Source of the DNA: Methanothermococcus sp. Ax23
GTDB taxonomy: Archaea > AGJL01 > Methanococci > Methanococcales > Methanococcaceae
Length of the DNA stretch: 64,000 nucleotides
Direction of reading: 5' to 3'
NCBI RefSeq assembly: GCF_049075655.1
Contig: NZ_CP157522.1
Coordinates: forward strand, 1,024,001-1,088,000
Made by a program: the position numbers and the translations under genes. The notes beneath the pieces are model-generated. The model made no database searches. It had not been told where the DNA came from and saw nothing but the letters and a program-made list of their open reading frames with translations. Below are positions 31,101 through 43,166 of the stretch, piece by piece. Each line of letters starts with the position of its first letter. Position 1 is the stretch's first letter.

Positions 31101-31888
31101 ATTAACTTCATTTGTATAGATTTTTTATTTTTATTATTCTTATTAGCTTTATTATTTCTATTGCTTTTATTTTCATCTTCAAATTCTTTCAATATGTTTT
31201 TGGAAGTTTTCCAACTTTTTCGAGCTATCTCAGGGAGTTCCCCATGTTCTTTAACATAATTTTTTAAATAATTTAGGGTAATTTTATCACTGGGGTATCC
31301 ACTACCTATCTCGCCGTATATTTTTTTGTAATTGTCAATGATTCTATCTCTAATAACCTTTGCTATGATTGACGCCGCAGAGACGATTTTATATTTATCA
31401 TCCGCTTTATGTTCGGCTATTATTTTAATGTTTTCATTATATACTACCAATTTAGATTTTATTTGGTTTGAAAATGCCTTTTCATTACTACTACATGCGT
31501 CAATGTATATATTTATTTTTTTATTGTTATCTACCTTATAGTTTTTATCCTTATAGTCCTTATATTCTTCCTTTAAAACGCTGTTTATCAGTTTTGAAAA
31601 TGCCATCAATTCAATTTTATTTAAGTTGGTTTTCTCCATCATTTTGTCTATGTCCTTTGCTTCAAGGATTATGCTCTTAACTTCATAATTATTCATAATG
31701 ATTTTGTAGAGCTCCTCTCTTCTATTCTTACTCAATCTCTTACTATCCTTTAATCCCAATTCATCAAGTTTTTTTAAGTCCTTTTCAGTAGCTTTAACAA
31801 GTGCAACCACCATGGGACCTAAAACAGGACCTCTTCCAGCTTCATCTAAACCTATTATTATCCCATTATTTTCATTGCCATTATACAT
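31097..31888 (-). CDS. rnhB: Ribonuclease HII
   Basis: GLDEAGRGPVLGPM, LKDSK, VSAASIIAKV.RD, GSGYPSD; C-terminal PIP-box-like QMKL; stop supplied by the element. Confidence 0.96.
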   Translation of the reverse strand: MYNGNENNGIIIGLDEAGRGPVLGPMVVALVKATEKDLKKLDELGLKDSKRLSKNRREELYKIIMNNYEVKSIILEAKDIDKMMEKTNLNKIELMAFSKLINSVLKEEYKDYKDKNYKVDNNKKINIYIDACSSNEKAFSNQIKSKLVVYNENIKIIAEHKADDKYKIVSAASIIAKVIRDRIIDNYKKIYGEIGSGYPSDKITLNYLKNYVKEHGELPEIARKSWKTSKNILKEFEDENKSNRNNKANKNNKNKKSIQMKLM

Positions 31889-32218
31889 TTTAGACCTCAT
31901 TAATAATAAATAAAATTAAAAATACAAAAAATTAATATACTTTAAGATAATATTATAATTTGCAGTTGATTTGGTGATACTGCATTAGACAATCCCACCT
32001 ATAAGGCGGTCGTATGGAGTAGCCATCAGGTTTCAATGAACATGCGATTTTCCAATGGTGGGTATATTTTATGTCTTAGTAATTTATTAATTTTATATGA
32101 TATAATTATAGCACAATTACAATTTATTATCAATCATCACTTTTTTATAAAGACTTTATTATGTTATTTTTATTTCTATTAAAAATATTAAAATCCATTT
32201 ACAAATAGAGGTGAAACT

Positions 32219-33511
32219 TTGTTAAAAAACATGGACGATTCATTTGATATATATGATATTAAAGCAAGAGAAGTAATCGATTCAAGAGGAAATCCAACAG
32301 TAGAGGTTGAGGTTTTAACAGCTGGTGGTGGATACGGTAGTGCAATAGTTCCAAGCGGAGCTTCAACAGGAACTCATGAAGCTGTGGAGCTCAGAGATAA
32401 AGACATAAGGTTTGGAGGGAAAGGTGTATTATTGGCAGTAGATAATGTAAATAGCATTATAAAACCAGAATTAATAGGCTACGATTCAAGAATGCAGAGA
32501 GAAATCGATATAATAATGAGAGAATTGGACAACACAGAAAATAAGGGAAAACTTGGAGCAAATGCAATACTCGCTGTTTCATTGGCTGTGGCAAAGGCAG
32601 CGGCTGATACTGCATCATTACCACTATACAAATACATTGGAGGATGCAACTCATATGTAATGCCTGTTCCAATGATGAATGTTTTAAACGGTGGGGAGCA
32701 CGCAGGTAATGAGCTCGACTTCCAAGAGTTTATGATTATGCCAGTTGGTGCCGACTCAATAGCAGAAGCAATAAGAATGTGTGCGGAAACCTACCATACA
32801 TTAAAAAAGGTAATATTAGAAAAATACGGAAAAGACGCTGTAAATGTTGGGGATGAGGGAGGATTTGCACCACCAGTAAATGACATTAGAGAAGCATTGG
32901 ATTTATTAAATGACGCTGTAAAAAATGCAGGGTATGAGGATAAAATTGTATTTGCATTGGACTGTGCGGCAAGTGAGTTCTACGATGCAGAAAAAGGAAA
33001 TTATGTTGTAAAAGGAAATGACATGACTACTGATGAGCTCATATCATTATACAAAGAAATAGTAAATGAATACCCAATAGCATCAATTGAGGACCCACTT
33101 CATGAAGAGGATTTCGAAGGATTTGCAACAATTACAAAGGAATTAAAAGGTATCCAGATAGTTGGAGATGACTTATTTGTTACAAATACAAAGAGATTAA
33201 GAGAAGGTATTAAATCTGGAGCAGGAAATGCTCTATTGTTGAAGGTAAATCAGATCGGAACACTATCGGAATCAATAGATGCGGCAAATCTCGCATTTAG
33301 AAACGGATACGGTGTTGTAGTATCCCACAGAAGCGGTGAATCAGAGGATTCCACAATAGCAGATTTATCAGTTGCATTAAACGCAGGTCAGATAAAAACC
33401 GGAGCTCCTGCAAGGGGGGAAAGAACTGCAAAATACAACCAACTTATAAGAATTGAGGAGGAGCTCGGATACCCAAAATACGCAGGAAAAGATTTCAGAT
33501 GTCCTTTTTAA
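32219..33511 (+). CDS. eno: Enolase
   Basis: [37 protein letters not shown]. Confidence 0.98.
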   Translation: MLKNMDDSFDIYDIKAREVIDSRGNPTVEVEVLTAGGGYGSAIVPSGASTGTHEAVELRDKDIRFGGKGVLLAVDNVNSIIKPELIGYDSRMQREIDIIMRELDNTENKGKLGANAILAVSLAVAKAAADTASLPLYKYIGGCNSYVMPVPMMNVLNGGEHAGNELDFQEFMIMPVGADSIAEAIRMCAETYHTLKKVILEKYGKDAVNVGDEGGFAPPVNDIREALDLLNDAVKNAGYEDKIVFALDCAASEFYDAEKGNYVVKGNDMTTDELISLYKEIVNEYPIASIEDPLHEEDFEGFATITKELKGIQIVGDDLFVTNTKRLREGIKSGAGNALLLKVNQIGTLSESIDAANLAFRNGYGVVVSHRSGESEDSTIADLSVALNAGQIKTGAPARGERTAKYNQLIRIEEELGYPKYAGKDFRCPF

Positions 33512-33692
33512 ATAAATAGTTCTTTTTTATTTTTTTAATTATAATTTTTTACCTTTTTTTATTTATTTTTACAATAATTATATTAATTTCGGAGCTCACT
33601 ATAAACACTATATCGAATAATTTATATATAATCAAAAACATAAAAGGCATAATAAAAACAATAAAGGCACATGGAAATAATCTGGTGATGTT

Positions 33693-34163
33693 ATGGCTAC
33701 AACCTATGAATTAAAAATATACGGTAAAATTCAGCATGTGGGATTTAGGGATAGAATAGAGGATATCGGAAGAGGTTTGGGAATTGATGGGGTAGTTTAT
33801 AATTATAAAGATGGAACAGTCAGAATTTTGGCAAATTTTGATGATGAAGAATTAAAAGAATTTTTTAAAAGAAGTATAAAGTTTTTAGAGAAAAAAGACA
33901 ATTTAATTAAAATAGAAGGGATTGAGGAGAAAGAACTAAATACATTTATTGAATTTCCAAGTGGGATAAACAGGATTTCAGCGGATGATTTACTAGAACT
34001 TAATAAAAAACTTGATGAAGGAGTTAAATATATTAAAATGATTTTTGGAGTTTTGGAAGAAGTTAAAAAGGGACAGGATGAATTACTAAAAGGACAGAAT
34101 GAAATAAAAGAAATACAATTAAAAATGTTAAATATATTGGAAAAAATTGAAAGAAAACTTTAA
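33693..34163 (+). CDS. Acylphosphatase-domain protein with C-terminal coiled coil
   Basis: GKIQHVGFR and N..DGTV motifs; heptad-like tail. Confidence 0.8.
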   Translation: MATTYELKIYGKIQHVGFRDRIEDIGRGLGIDGVVYNYKDGTVRILANFDDEELKEFFKRSIKFLEKKDNLIKIEGIEEKELNTFIEFPSGINRISADDLLELNKKLDEGVKYIKMIFGVLEEVKKGQDELLKGQNEIKEIQLKMLNILEKIERKL

Positions 34164-34262
34164 GATTTTTATATTATCGGAAGCCAGTAAGTTGGAAGAA
34201 AAGATTTTAGATGTCCTTTTTAATTAAATAAATGATATTTTTTTATAATTTTAGGGGGGATT

Positions 34263-36481
34263 ATGGTAAAAAAAGAAATTACTAATAAAGATTTTTATAA
34301 AGAATTCATAGAATGTTTGGAAAAAGGGGAAGATTTCGAACTACAAAAATATATATCAGATGATAAATTAATTGTTGAAGAAAATATCAATATTTTAAAA
34401 ATTTATGAAGAGATTAGAAATAAAGAATTAAAAGGAGCAACTATTGAAGAAAATGACCAAGAAATAATAATGACTATAAATATAAATATATATATATTTA
34501 TAAAATTGAATTTAAAAATAATTTTACATTTGGAACTTTTGGCATTAAAACTTCGAAAAACACCAAAAATGTTAAAGTAAAAGACCGCAAACCTCTTAAA
34601 ATAATATTTAATGGAGATGTCTGTTTTTGGAGCTCCACATTTAATGGAGAAGTTGATTTCAAAAATGCCATATTTAATGGAGAAGTTGAATTTATAAACA
34701 CAATCTTTAACGGAACGGCAAATTTTAGCGATGCAGAATTTAATAAAATTAAATTTTGGAATGGCTTCCTTTCTGGTGTTTATGATTATCCACTTTGGGA
34801 GTATAGGGCATATACCACCACATTTAATCAGGATGTTGCATTTAATGAAACTAAATTTAAAAAGGCAGATTTTAGCAATACAATATTTGGGAAAAATGTT
34901 TATTTTATTGGTGCAACTTTTGAAGGAGAAGTTGATTTTAAGAATGTTACTTTTAATGAGCAGGTGAAATTTAAATTTACTTTTAAAGATACAATATCAT
35001 TTGGAGAAACAAATTTTAATAATGGCGTTATTTTTGAGAATATTAAATTTACAATTAATGGTGAGGGAAATAAGGAGGATAGGGAAGATAACATCATATT
35101 TATTAAAACAAAGTTTAAAAACGCTGATTTTAGAGGGAATAAATTTAAAAGTTTATCTTTTGAATTTTGTGAGAGTGAGGGGTATTTTCAATTTATGGGA
35201 AATAATGTTGAGAAAAAATTTTGTATAAATGGTTGCTCTTTTGATGGTAATGTTATATTTACTGGAAATTTTGAAGGAGATGTTGAAATTTTTAATTGTA
35301 ATTTTAAAGAAAAAAGTTCTGTTAAATTTGAAAATGTTGAATCCAATGGAGAAAAATCAGAATTTAAAAACATAACATTTGAAGGGATAACAGAATTTTC
35401 AGAAGTTGAGTCTAAAAATATCAAATTCGAAAAATTAATATTTAAATCTGCTACAAAATTTATGAATATTTCATTTAGTCAAATATTCTTTTTAGAATCT
35501 GTTTTTGAAGACCTTGCATTTTTTAAAAAGAAAGAAGAAAACAAAGATGAAGGAATAGCAATTTTCAATTTAGTTAATTTTAAAGAACCAGAGAATACAA
35601 CATTTATAGACTTTCCATTATCAAAAACATCTTTTTTATTAACTGATGTAAAAGAAATAACAATAATTGCAAAAGCAGAGAAAATTTTAAGTGAATATCT
35701 TTTAGATTATTTAGATAAAAAGAATAACGAAGAAATAAAGGAGGACAATAAAGATGAACTTTATGAAAAAGCGTTGGAAATACTTAAACCATATTTAAGA
35801 CAGGAAACAGTTTTAAAAGAATACAGAGACATGAGAAAATCTTTTGAAAATAATAGGACTTATGTTGAAGCGTCAGAATTGTTTATTTACGAAATGGATT
35901 TAATAAGAAGAATAGCAACATTTGATGAAAGAAAATTTATTGAAAAAATTAAACCAGCGTTGGAATATGGTTTATGGGGTATTTACTTTTACTTGCCATA
36001 CTTAGTCTTATTTGAATTTTGGATATGTTTAAAAACTGAAAGTTATCTGATTTTTTTAATTACAATTATAATAGTATTATATGCCATGTGGAAAGGTAGA
36101 GTGATAACATCGCTTACATTTTGGATTTATAAACTCACATCAAACTATGGGGAATCAATAACAAAACCAATATTTATTTCATTTTTTATAATATTGGTGT
36201 TTCCATATATTATTGATTTTTTAAATTGGATATGGTTTTTTGTTTCTAACTTTCCCTTGTTAAACGAACTTTTAAATAAAAATGGTTCAGCATACGAGCA
36301 AATATTAAGAGCATTTTTCCAATTAGGAATTGATAAAGATGTTATAAATTCAACAACTAATCCAATACAAAAAGAACAATTAAAAACATTAGCAAGTTAT
36401 GAATGGCTAATAAGAATCATCTCTTTAATTTTAATCGGTAATATCCTAATAGCAATTAAAAGAAGATTAGAACGAAAATAA
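34263..36481 (+). pseudogene. Pentapeptide-repeat membrane protein (~738 aa) split by a frameshift in an (AT)6 tract
   Basis: Deleting one AT at 34486-34497 fuses ORF 34263 to an open frame of F..A.F.G.V.F repeats that continues into ORF 34964-36481, which has C-terminal TM helices. Confidence 0.85.
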
Positions 36482-36565
36482 TAATTATAGAATTTTTATT
36501 CATTTTAACAAAATCAATATATATGTATCATGACAAAAATATAATAAAAATTAGGTGGTGAGCTC

Positions 36566-36826
36566 ATGGCAACAAATCCTTCAAAACTAAGAATCAGCCC
36601 AACATTAGATAACATCATATTAGTTGAGAATGTTTTAAAAGAAGATTCAATAATTACAATTGATGAACTATCTAAAAAAACAAACATTCAGATGCCTATA
36701 TTAAAAGAAATTCTTGATTATTTAGAGCAATCCAATAAAATTGTAATATCAAAAAAAGGCATTTCTTGGATATACAATAACAATGAAAAACTACAAAAGG
36801 TAATTACAGAAGGGTTTGAACTATGA
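36566..36826 (+). CDS. Small winged-HTH protein, putative antitoxin
   Basis: SPTLD...TIDELSKKT...ILDYLEQSNKI; overlaps the next gene by 4 nt. Confidence 0.65.
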   Translation: MATNPSKLRISPTLDNIILVENVLKEDSIITIDELSKKTNIQMPILKEILDYLEQSNKIVISKKGISWIYNNNEKLQKVITEGFEL

Positions 36827-37167
36827 AAAAAATTAGGGTAATTTTATCCCCTGATGCATTTGAAGTTTATAATTATCTAAAAAACAATTGCAACAACAAA
36901 CAAAATGCTTCTTTATATAATGCTATAAATGATAAAGTCGAAATTCTTAAAAATAATGTTCATTATGGGGATGCAATAGGTAAAAAACTGATTCCAAAAG
37001 AATATATTGCCAATTATGGAATTTCTAATTTATTTAGAGTCGAATTACCGCAGTTTTGGAGAATGCTCTATACAATTACCAACGATGGAATAAATATTGT
37101 CGTGGTTATTTTGGATATTTTAGACCATAGGAAATATAATAAAAAATTTGGTTATAAAAATAGATAG
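36823..37167 (+). CDS. Putative RelE/ParE-superfamily toxin
   Basis: Basic 114 aa; LFRVELPQFWRMLYTI..ILDILDHRKY pattern; coupled to the upstream small gene. Confidence 0.65.
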   Translation: MKKIRVILSPDAFEVYNYLKNNCNNKQNASLYNAINDKVEILKNNVHYGDAIGKKLIPKEYIANYGISNLFRVELPQFWRMLYTITNDGINIVVVILDILDHRKYNKKFGYKNR

Positions 37168-37324
37168 TAAAATAATTATTGCATCATTGACCATTGTTTA
37201 GTTAAATTATTATCACTTTTCTTTTAATTAATTTTATAAACGAAAGATTTTTAAATATTTATTATATATTTCTAAAAAACTATCACTCCTATTTATTTTT
37301 ATTTAATATAAAAAAGGTGTTCTT

Positions 37325-40030
37325 ATGGAAATAAACCATGATTATAATGTTGAGTTGTTTGAAAAAAAAGGATTCATGAGAAAAAAATGTAAAGAATGCG
37401 GACAGTATTTTTGGACATTAGACCCTGAGAGAGAAACCTGCGGAGACAGCCCATGCGATAAATACTCATTTATCGGAGCTCCGATTACAGATAAAAAATA
37501 CACATACACCGAGATGGTGAAGGAATTTTTAAACTTCTTTGAGGAAAATGAGCACACACCAATAAAAAGGTATCCAGTAACTGCGAGAAGATGGAGAAAC
37601 GATATTCTTTTAACAATTGCATCTATTGCAGTATTTCAGCCGTGGGTAACAAAGGGAGTTGTAGAACCAATTGCAAATCCTCTTGTAATAGCTCAGCCAT
37701 GTATTAGATTAAACGATATAGACAATGTTGGAAGAACGGGAAGGCATTTAACATGCTTTACAATGGGAGGACACCACGCATTCAATAAAGTAGATGATTT
37801 TAAATATTGGACAGATAGAACTGTCGAATTATGCTTCAACTTCATGAAAAAGCTCGGCATAGATGAAAAATCCATTACATTCATAGAAAGCTGGTGGGAA
37901 GGTGGAGGAAACGCTGGACCTTGCTATGAGGTAATAACTCATGGTGTAGAGCTCGCCACACTTGTGTTTATGCAGTATGAAAAAGTCGGAGATGAATATA
38001 GAGAAATGCCTTTAAAAATCATAGATACTGGCTACGGTATAGAGAGGTTTGTTTGGGCATCACAGGGAACACCAACTGTTTATGATGCAATATTTGGAAA
38101 TATCGTTGAAAAATTGAAGGAAAATGTAGGCATTGACTATATTGAAAATATTGATGATAGAATACTTGCAGAAAGTGCCACACTTGCTGGGCTTATGGAT
38201 ATTGAAAATGTTGGAGATTTAAGAGTTTTAAGGCAGAAGGTTGCTGAAAAGCTGAAAATGGATGTGGAAGAGCTGGATAAACTACTTACGCCACTAGAAA
38301 ATATATATGCCATAGCAGACCATACAAGATGCCTTGCATTTATGTTTGGGGACGGTATCGTTCCATCAAATGTAAAGGACGGATATTTGGCACGATTACT
38401 TGTAAGAAAAACATTGAGATACATGAAAAATGTTGGAATTACAATGTCTTTAAAGGACATTATAAATTTACAGCTTGAAGAGTTAAAGGAATTATATCCA
38501 GAATTACTTGAAATGAAAGATTATATAATGGATGTAATTGACGAGGAAGAGAGAAAATACATTCAAACAATTAACAAAGGAAGGGGAATTGTCGAAAGGC
38601 TGGCTAAGTCCAAAGATGAAATATCACTTGATGATTTGATAGAGCTCTACGATAGTAAAGGGCTTCCACCAGAGGTTGTTGAGGAAATTGTAAAGGAAAT
38701 AAATGAGAAAAATAAAACCAAAAAAACCATAAAACTAAATATTCCTGATAATTTCTATACAATAGTTGCCGAAAGACACGAGCAGAAGAAGATGGAAGAA
38801 AGTGAAGAAACAGAAGAAAATCAGAAAAAAGCACTTCCAGAAGTGAATGACATTCCAAAAACCGAGTTATTATTCTATAAAAATCCAAAACAGAAAGAAT
38901 TTGAAGCTAAAATCTTAAAAATAGTTGATGATTATGTAATTCTTGACAAAACCATATTCTATCCAGAAGGTGGTGGTCAAAAATACGATATTGGAGTTAT
39001 CAACGGCAAACAAGTTGTTGAGGTTCAGAAGAAAGACGATATCGTATATCACAAGCTCTCAGATGTAGAAGGTCTTAATGAAGGGGATATTGTAAAAGGA
39101 ACAATAAATTGGGAACAGAGAATCAATTTAATGAGAAACCACACAGCTACACACATAATAAATGCCGCAGCTCAGAAGGTTTTAGGAAAACATGTTTGGC
39201 AGACAGGTTCAAATGTTGAACCAGATAAGGCAAGGTTGGATATTACGCACTACAAGAGAATAACCAGGAATGAAATAAAGGAAATAGAAAAAATTGCAAA
39301 TGAGATTGTTTTAGAAAACATTCCTGTAAAGAGTTCCTTCATGGATAGGAACGAGGCAGAGCAGAAATATGGATTTAGAATATATCAAGGTGGAGTTGTT
39401 CCAGGGAATGTGCTAAGGATAATAAATATAGAAGGTGTAGATGTTGAGGCGTGTGGTGGAACGCACTGTGAAAATACTTCGGAAGTTGGATATATAAAGA
39501 TATTAAGAACTGAAAGAATCCAAGATGGTGTTGAAAGGCTCGAATACACAAGCGGAATAAACTCAGTTAAAGAAGTAAGTGCAATGGAGGATATTTTACT
39601 AAACTCTTCGGAGATATTGGGAGTTCCAGCTGAAAATCTTCCAAAAACTGTTAAAAGATTCTTTGAAGAATGGAAGGAGCAGAAGAAAACAATTGAAGAG
39701 CTCCAAAAGAAAATGGGAGAATACAAAAAGTATGAGCTCGCAAATAAATTTGAAAAAGTTGGAAGCTACGATGTTTTAGTTGAAATGGTTGAAGGAAATC
39801 CAAAGGAATTAATGTCAATTGCAGATAATTTGGTAAAAGAAGGTTCAATTGTGGTTCTATTAAATAACAACGGATATATTTTGTGTAAAAGAGGAGATGG
39901 TGTTGAGCTCAGCATGGGAGAGCTACTGAGGAAAATAGCAAAAGGTGGAGGAAAGGACAACTTAGCACAGGGTAAGTGTTTAGATGATATTAAAACTCTC
40001 AGAAATAAAGTATTTGAAGAATTGAAATAA
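37325..40030 (+). CDS. alaS: Alanine-tRNA ligase
   Basis: [25 protein letters not shown], editing HTATH..CGGTH, GGGK. Confidence 0.98.
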   Translation: MEINHDYNVELFEKKGFMRKKCKECGQYFWTLDPERETCGDSPCDKYSFIGAPITDKKYTYTEMVKEFLNFFEENEHTPIKRYPVTARRWRNDILLTIASIAVFQPWVTKGVVEPIANPLVIAQPCIRLNDIDNVGRTGRHLTCFTMGGHHAFNKVDDFKYWTDRTVELCFNFMKKLGIDEKSITFIESWWEGGGNAGPCYEVITHGVELATLVFMQYEKVGDEYREMPLKIIDTGYGIERFVWASQGTPTVYDAIFGNIVEKLKENVGIDYIENIDDRILAESATLAGLMDIENVGDLRVLRQKVAEKLKMDVEELDKLLTPLENIYAIADHTRCLAFMFGDGIVPSNVKDGYLARLLVRKTLRYMKNVGITMSLKDIINLQLEELKELYPELLEMKDYIMDVIDEEERKYIQTINKGRGIVERLAKSKDEISLDDLIELYDSKGLPPEVVEEIVKEINEKNKTKKTIKLNIPDNFYTIVAERHEQKKMEESEETEENQKKALPEVNDIPKTELLFYKNPKQKEFEAKILKIVDDYVILDKTIFYPEGGGQKYDIGVINGKQVVEVQKKDDIVYHKLSDVEGLNEGDIVKGTINWEQRINLMRNHTATHIINAAAQKVLGKHVWQTGSNVEPDKARLDITHYKRITRNEIKEIEKIANEIVLENIPVKSSFMDRNEAEQKYGFRIYQGGVVPGNVLRIINIEGVDVEACGGTHCENTSEVGYIKILRTERIQDGVERLEYTSGINSVKEVSAMEDILLNSSEILGVPAENLPKTVKRFFEEWKEQKKTIEELQKKMGEYKKYELANKFEKVGSYDVLVEMVEGNPKELMSIADNLVKEGSIVVLLNNNGYILCKRGDGVELSMGELLRKIAKGGGKDNLAQGKCLDDIKTLRNKVFEELK

Positions 40031-40103
40031 ATTTTTATATTTTTTTATTAATAACTCATATTACTATTTTATTTTTCATTTAAAATTTTAAATAGGTGTA
40101 TTT

Positions 40104-40973
40104 ATGTTTATACCAGGTCATATTACCGGTTTTTTTAAGATATATAAGGATAAAAATATATTAAAAACAGGCTCAACCGGAGCAGGTATTACGCTAAATA
40201 AAGGAGTATATACTGATGTAATTGACGGAAAATCAGATGAATTCCTTCGGAATTCATTACTCGAAATCAGAGATTTCGATGGAGAAATATATTTTAATGG
40301 CGATAAGATAGAATTATGCTCAACAATTGAAGTGGTTAAAAACTATCTGAATTACAACGAATCGGATGAATTTAATTACAATATCATCCATAAATCAGAT
40401 TTTCCATTGGGCTGTGGATTGGGCACATCAGGTTCCTGTGCATTGGGTGCATCATATGAGCTCAGCAAAATTTACAACATAAACAAAGTTTTGGAATTTG
40501 CACATACTGCTGAGGTAAAATGCGGAACTGGACTTGGAGACGTGGTGGCACAATATACAAGAGGTTTTGTAATAAGGAAAAAACCCGGGCTCCCCATAGA
40601 TGTGAAAAAAATAAATATAGATGATATTAATAACTATTATGTAGTTGTTGAAATACTTGGAAAAAAAGAAACTGGCACGATTATCAACAATCCTGAATGG
40701 ATAGATAAAATAAATAAAATGTCTGATGAGCTCCTACAAAAACTATTAAAAAGTCCTACATTGGAAAACTTCATGAGTTTGTCCTATAAATTTGCAAAAG
40801 ATACAGGTCTTGCAAGTGATGAAATAATCGAACTATGCGATGATTTGAGTTTTACCATTGGGAGCTCACAGGCGATGCTTGGAAATACCGTATTTTGTAT
40901 ATGTGAAGATAAAGATTTAAATGATGTATTGTCTATATTAAATAAACCTATTGTATGTAAAATTTATCAATGA
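40104..40973 (+). CDS. Archaeal pantoate kinase (GHMP family) with a 16-aa insertion
   Basis: [44 protein letters not shown]. Confidence 0.92.
   Translation: MFIPGHITGFFKIYKDKNILKTGSTGAGITLNKGVYTDVIDGKSDEFLRNSLLEIRDFDGEIYFNGDKIELCSTIEVVKNYLNYNESDEFNYNIIHKSDFPLGCGLGTSGSCALGASYELSKIYNINKVLEFAHTAEVKCGTGLGDVVAQYTRGFVIRKKPGLPIDVKKINIDDINNYYVVVEILGKKETGTIINNPEWIDKINKMSDELLQKLLKSPTLENFMSLSYKFAKDTGLASDEIIELCDDLSFTIGSSQAMLGNTVFCICEDKDLNDVLSILNKPIVCKIYQ
40232..40279 (-). repeat. Double-hairpin micro-element inserted in-frame in pantoate kinase
   Basis: Minus strand TCGAAATCTCTGATTTCGAGTAATGAATTCCGAAGGAATTCATCTGAT follows the family consensus; 48 bp. Confidence 0.8.
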
Positions 40974-40981
40974 GGGAAATC

Positions 40982-43033
40982 ATGAGTGAAAAATACTTAT
41001 TAACAACAGCTTTGGCATATACAAATGGACCACTTCATTTAGGACATGCGAGAAGCACATATATTCCTGCTGACATTATGAAAAAATACCTGAAATTAAA
41101 AGGTAAGGATGTAATCCATGTTGGTGGAACAGACAACCACGGAGTTCCTATCACACTTACAGCAGAAAAAGAGGGCGTAAAACCTGAGGATATTGTAAAT
41201 AAATATCACAATGAGATAAAGAGAGATTTAGACAATTTAAATGTAGAGTTTGACAGCTACGGAAAAACTCACAGCGATATCCATATAGAAACTGCTCAGG
41301 AGTTTTACAAAAAACTTAAAGAAAATGGATACATTTATGAAAAAGACATAGAGCAGTTTTACTGCCCGAAATGTGATAGATTTTTGGCAGATAGGTATGT
41401 TGAAGGAACATGTCCGTTCTGTGGCGGTGAGGCAAGAGGAGACCACTGCGAAGTTTGTGGAAGACATCTTGAACCAACCGAGCTCATAAATCCATACTGT
41501 ATAAACTGCAACACTACGCCTGAGCTCAGAAAAACAACACATAGGTTCTTTAAATTAAGTGCATTATCCGACGATTTAAGAAATTATGTTGAGAGCTCAG
41601 ACATGCCTGAGCATGTTAAGAATATGGCATACAGCTGGATAAAGGAGCTCCATGACTGGGATATTTCAAGGGATATAAAATGGGGTGTTCCAATACCTGA
41701 CAGCGAAAACCAAGTAATGTATGTATGGTTGGAAGCACCAATTGGTTATATTTCATTTACAAAGCAGTTGGGAGATGTTTGGAAGGATTATTGGTTAAAG
41801 AAAGATAAAAACGAAAATGATAGCGATGTAAAAATATGGCATTTTATTGGAAAGGACATTACAGTTCATCACTCAGTATTTTGGCCAGGCATGTTAATTG
41901 CTAATGGTGAATATAACCTTCCTTCGTCAGTGATAAGCGGCGGTTATTTAACACTTGAAGGAAGAAAGATGAGCACAAGTAAAAAATGGGTTGTTTGGGT
42001 AGATGATTTTGTTAAATACTTTGATTCCGATTATTTGAGATATTTCTTAATGGTAAATGCACCGTTAAATAGGGACTGTGATTTTTCATTTGATGAATTC
42101 CAAAAGAGAATAAACACAGAGTTAATTGCTATCATTGGAAACTTCACACATAGAGCTCTTGTATTTTCACACAGGAAATTTAAGGCTATTCCTGTTGTTG
42201 ATGAAGATAGCTTAAAAGAAGAAGATAAAGAACTGATAAACAAATGTAAAGAAACTGTTGAAAAAGTAGATAAACACATAATGGAATTTAACTTTAAGGA
42301 TGCTATAATGGATATTATTCACCTTGCAAAAGAGGGGAATAATTACTTCCAGAAGATGGAGCCTTGGACTGTTGAGGATGAAAACAGGTTGAAAGAAATA
42401 TTATACACCTGTGCAGTGGTTGTAAAATATATAGTTTATTTGCTTTATCCATTTATGCCAAATAAAACCATGAAACTTCTTGATTTAATGAATGAAGAAC
42501 TTGATTTGGAAATTAGGGGAAATACTTTGAAAAAGCCGAAGGTTGTATTTACAAAAATTGAAGATGACCAAATCAAGATGGTTAAAGGAAAACTATTAAA
42601 ATCAGAAGAAGCTAAGGAAAAGAAGAAAAATAAAAACAAAAAAGATAAAAAAGAAAAAAACAATAAAGACGAAAATAAAAACAACAAAGAAAATGAAAAA
42701 GGTGATTCTATGGATTTAATAAGCATTGATGACTTTGCTAAAATTGAGTTGAGAGTTGCACAGATTTTAGAAGCTGAGGAGGTTCCTAAATCCAAAAAAT
42801 TGTTGAAATTAATTGTAGATATTGGGGATGAAAAGAGACAGGTCGTTGCAGGTATAAAGGGACACTATGAACCATCGGAGCTCGTAGGTAAAAAAATTGT
42901 ATTATTATGCAACTTAAAACCTGCTAAATTATGCGGTGTAGAATCACAAGGTATGGTTTTAGCCGCAGGGGATGAGGTTGTAGCTCTTTTAACACCAGAT
43001 AAGGATGTTCCAGTAGGAAGCAAAATCTGCTAA
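40982..43033 (+). CDS. metG: Methionine-tRNA ligase with C-terminal tRNA-binding domain
   Basis: HLGH, zinc-knuckle CxxC motifs, KMSTS, C-terminal Trbp111-like domain. Confidence 0.98.
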   Translation: MSEKYLLTTALAYTNGPLHLGHARSTYIPADIMKKYLKLKGKDVIHVGGTDNHGVPITLTAEKEGVKPEDIVNKYHNEIKRDLDNLNVEFDSYGKTHSDIHIETAQEFYKKLKENGYIYEKDIEQFYCPKCDRFLADRYVEGTCPFCGGEARGDHCEVCGRHLEPTELINPYCINCNTTPELRKTTHRFFKLSALSDDLRNYVESSDMPEHVKNMAYSWIKELHDWDISRDIKWGVPIPDSENQVMYVWLEAPIGYISFTKQLGDVWKDYWLKKDKNENDSDVKIWHFIGKDITVHHSVFWPGMLIANGEYNLPSSVISGGYLTLEGRKMSTSKKWVVWVDDFVKYFDSDYLRYFLMVNAPLNRDCDFSFDEFQKRINTELIAIIGNFTHRALVFSHRKFKAIPVVDEDSLKEEDKELINKCKETVEKVDKHIMEFNFKDAIMDIIHLAKEGNNYFQKMEPWTVEDENRLKEILYTCAVVVKYIVYLLYPFMPNKTMKLLDLMNEELDLEIRGNTLKKPKVVFTKIEDDQIKMVKGKLLKSEEAKEKKKNKNKKDKKEKNNKDENKNNKENEKGDSMDLISIDDFAKIELRVAQILEAEEVPKSKKLLKLIVDIGDEKRQVVAGIKGHYEPSELVGKKIVLLCNLKPAKLCGVESQGMVLAAGDEVVALLTPDKDVPVGSKIC

Positions 43034-43166
43034 TAAACTTTTCTTTTTATATCTTTATTCTAAATTAGATGTATTTTCATTTTATATATTTATTTTTTAT
43101 TTTTTTATATTTTAAACTTTATATATCATATAAAACAAATAAGTATATATTATAAAACAGGAGGGG

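Noticed and set aside
34731-35228. Short ORFs 34731-34967 and 35001-35228
   Set aside because: Alternative frames over the pentapeptide-repeat gene.
42600-42705. Lys/Asn/Glu-rich segment in metG as an intein or insertion element
   Set aside because: Low-complexity linker before the C-terminal tRNA-binding domain, with no intein motifs; similar Asn-rich patches occur in rio1, trmI, rnhB and the U32 protein.
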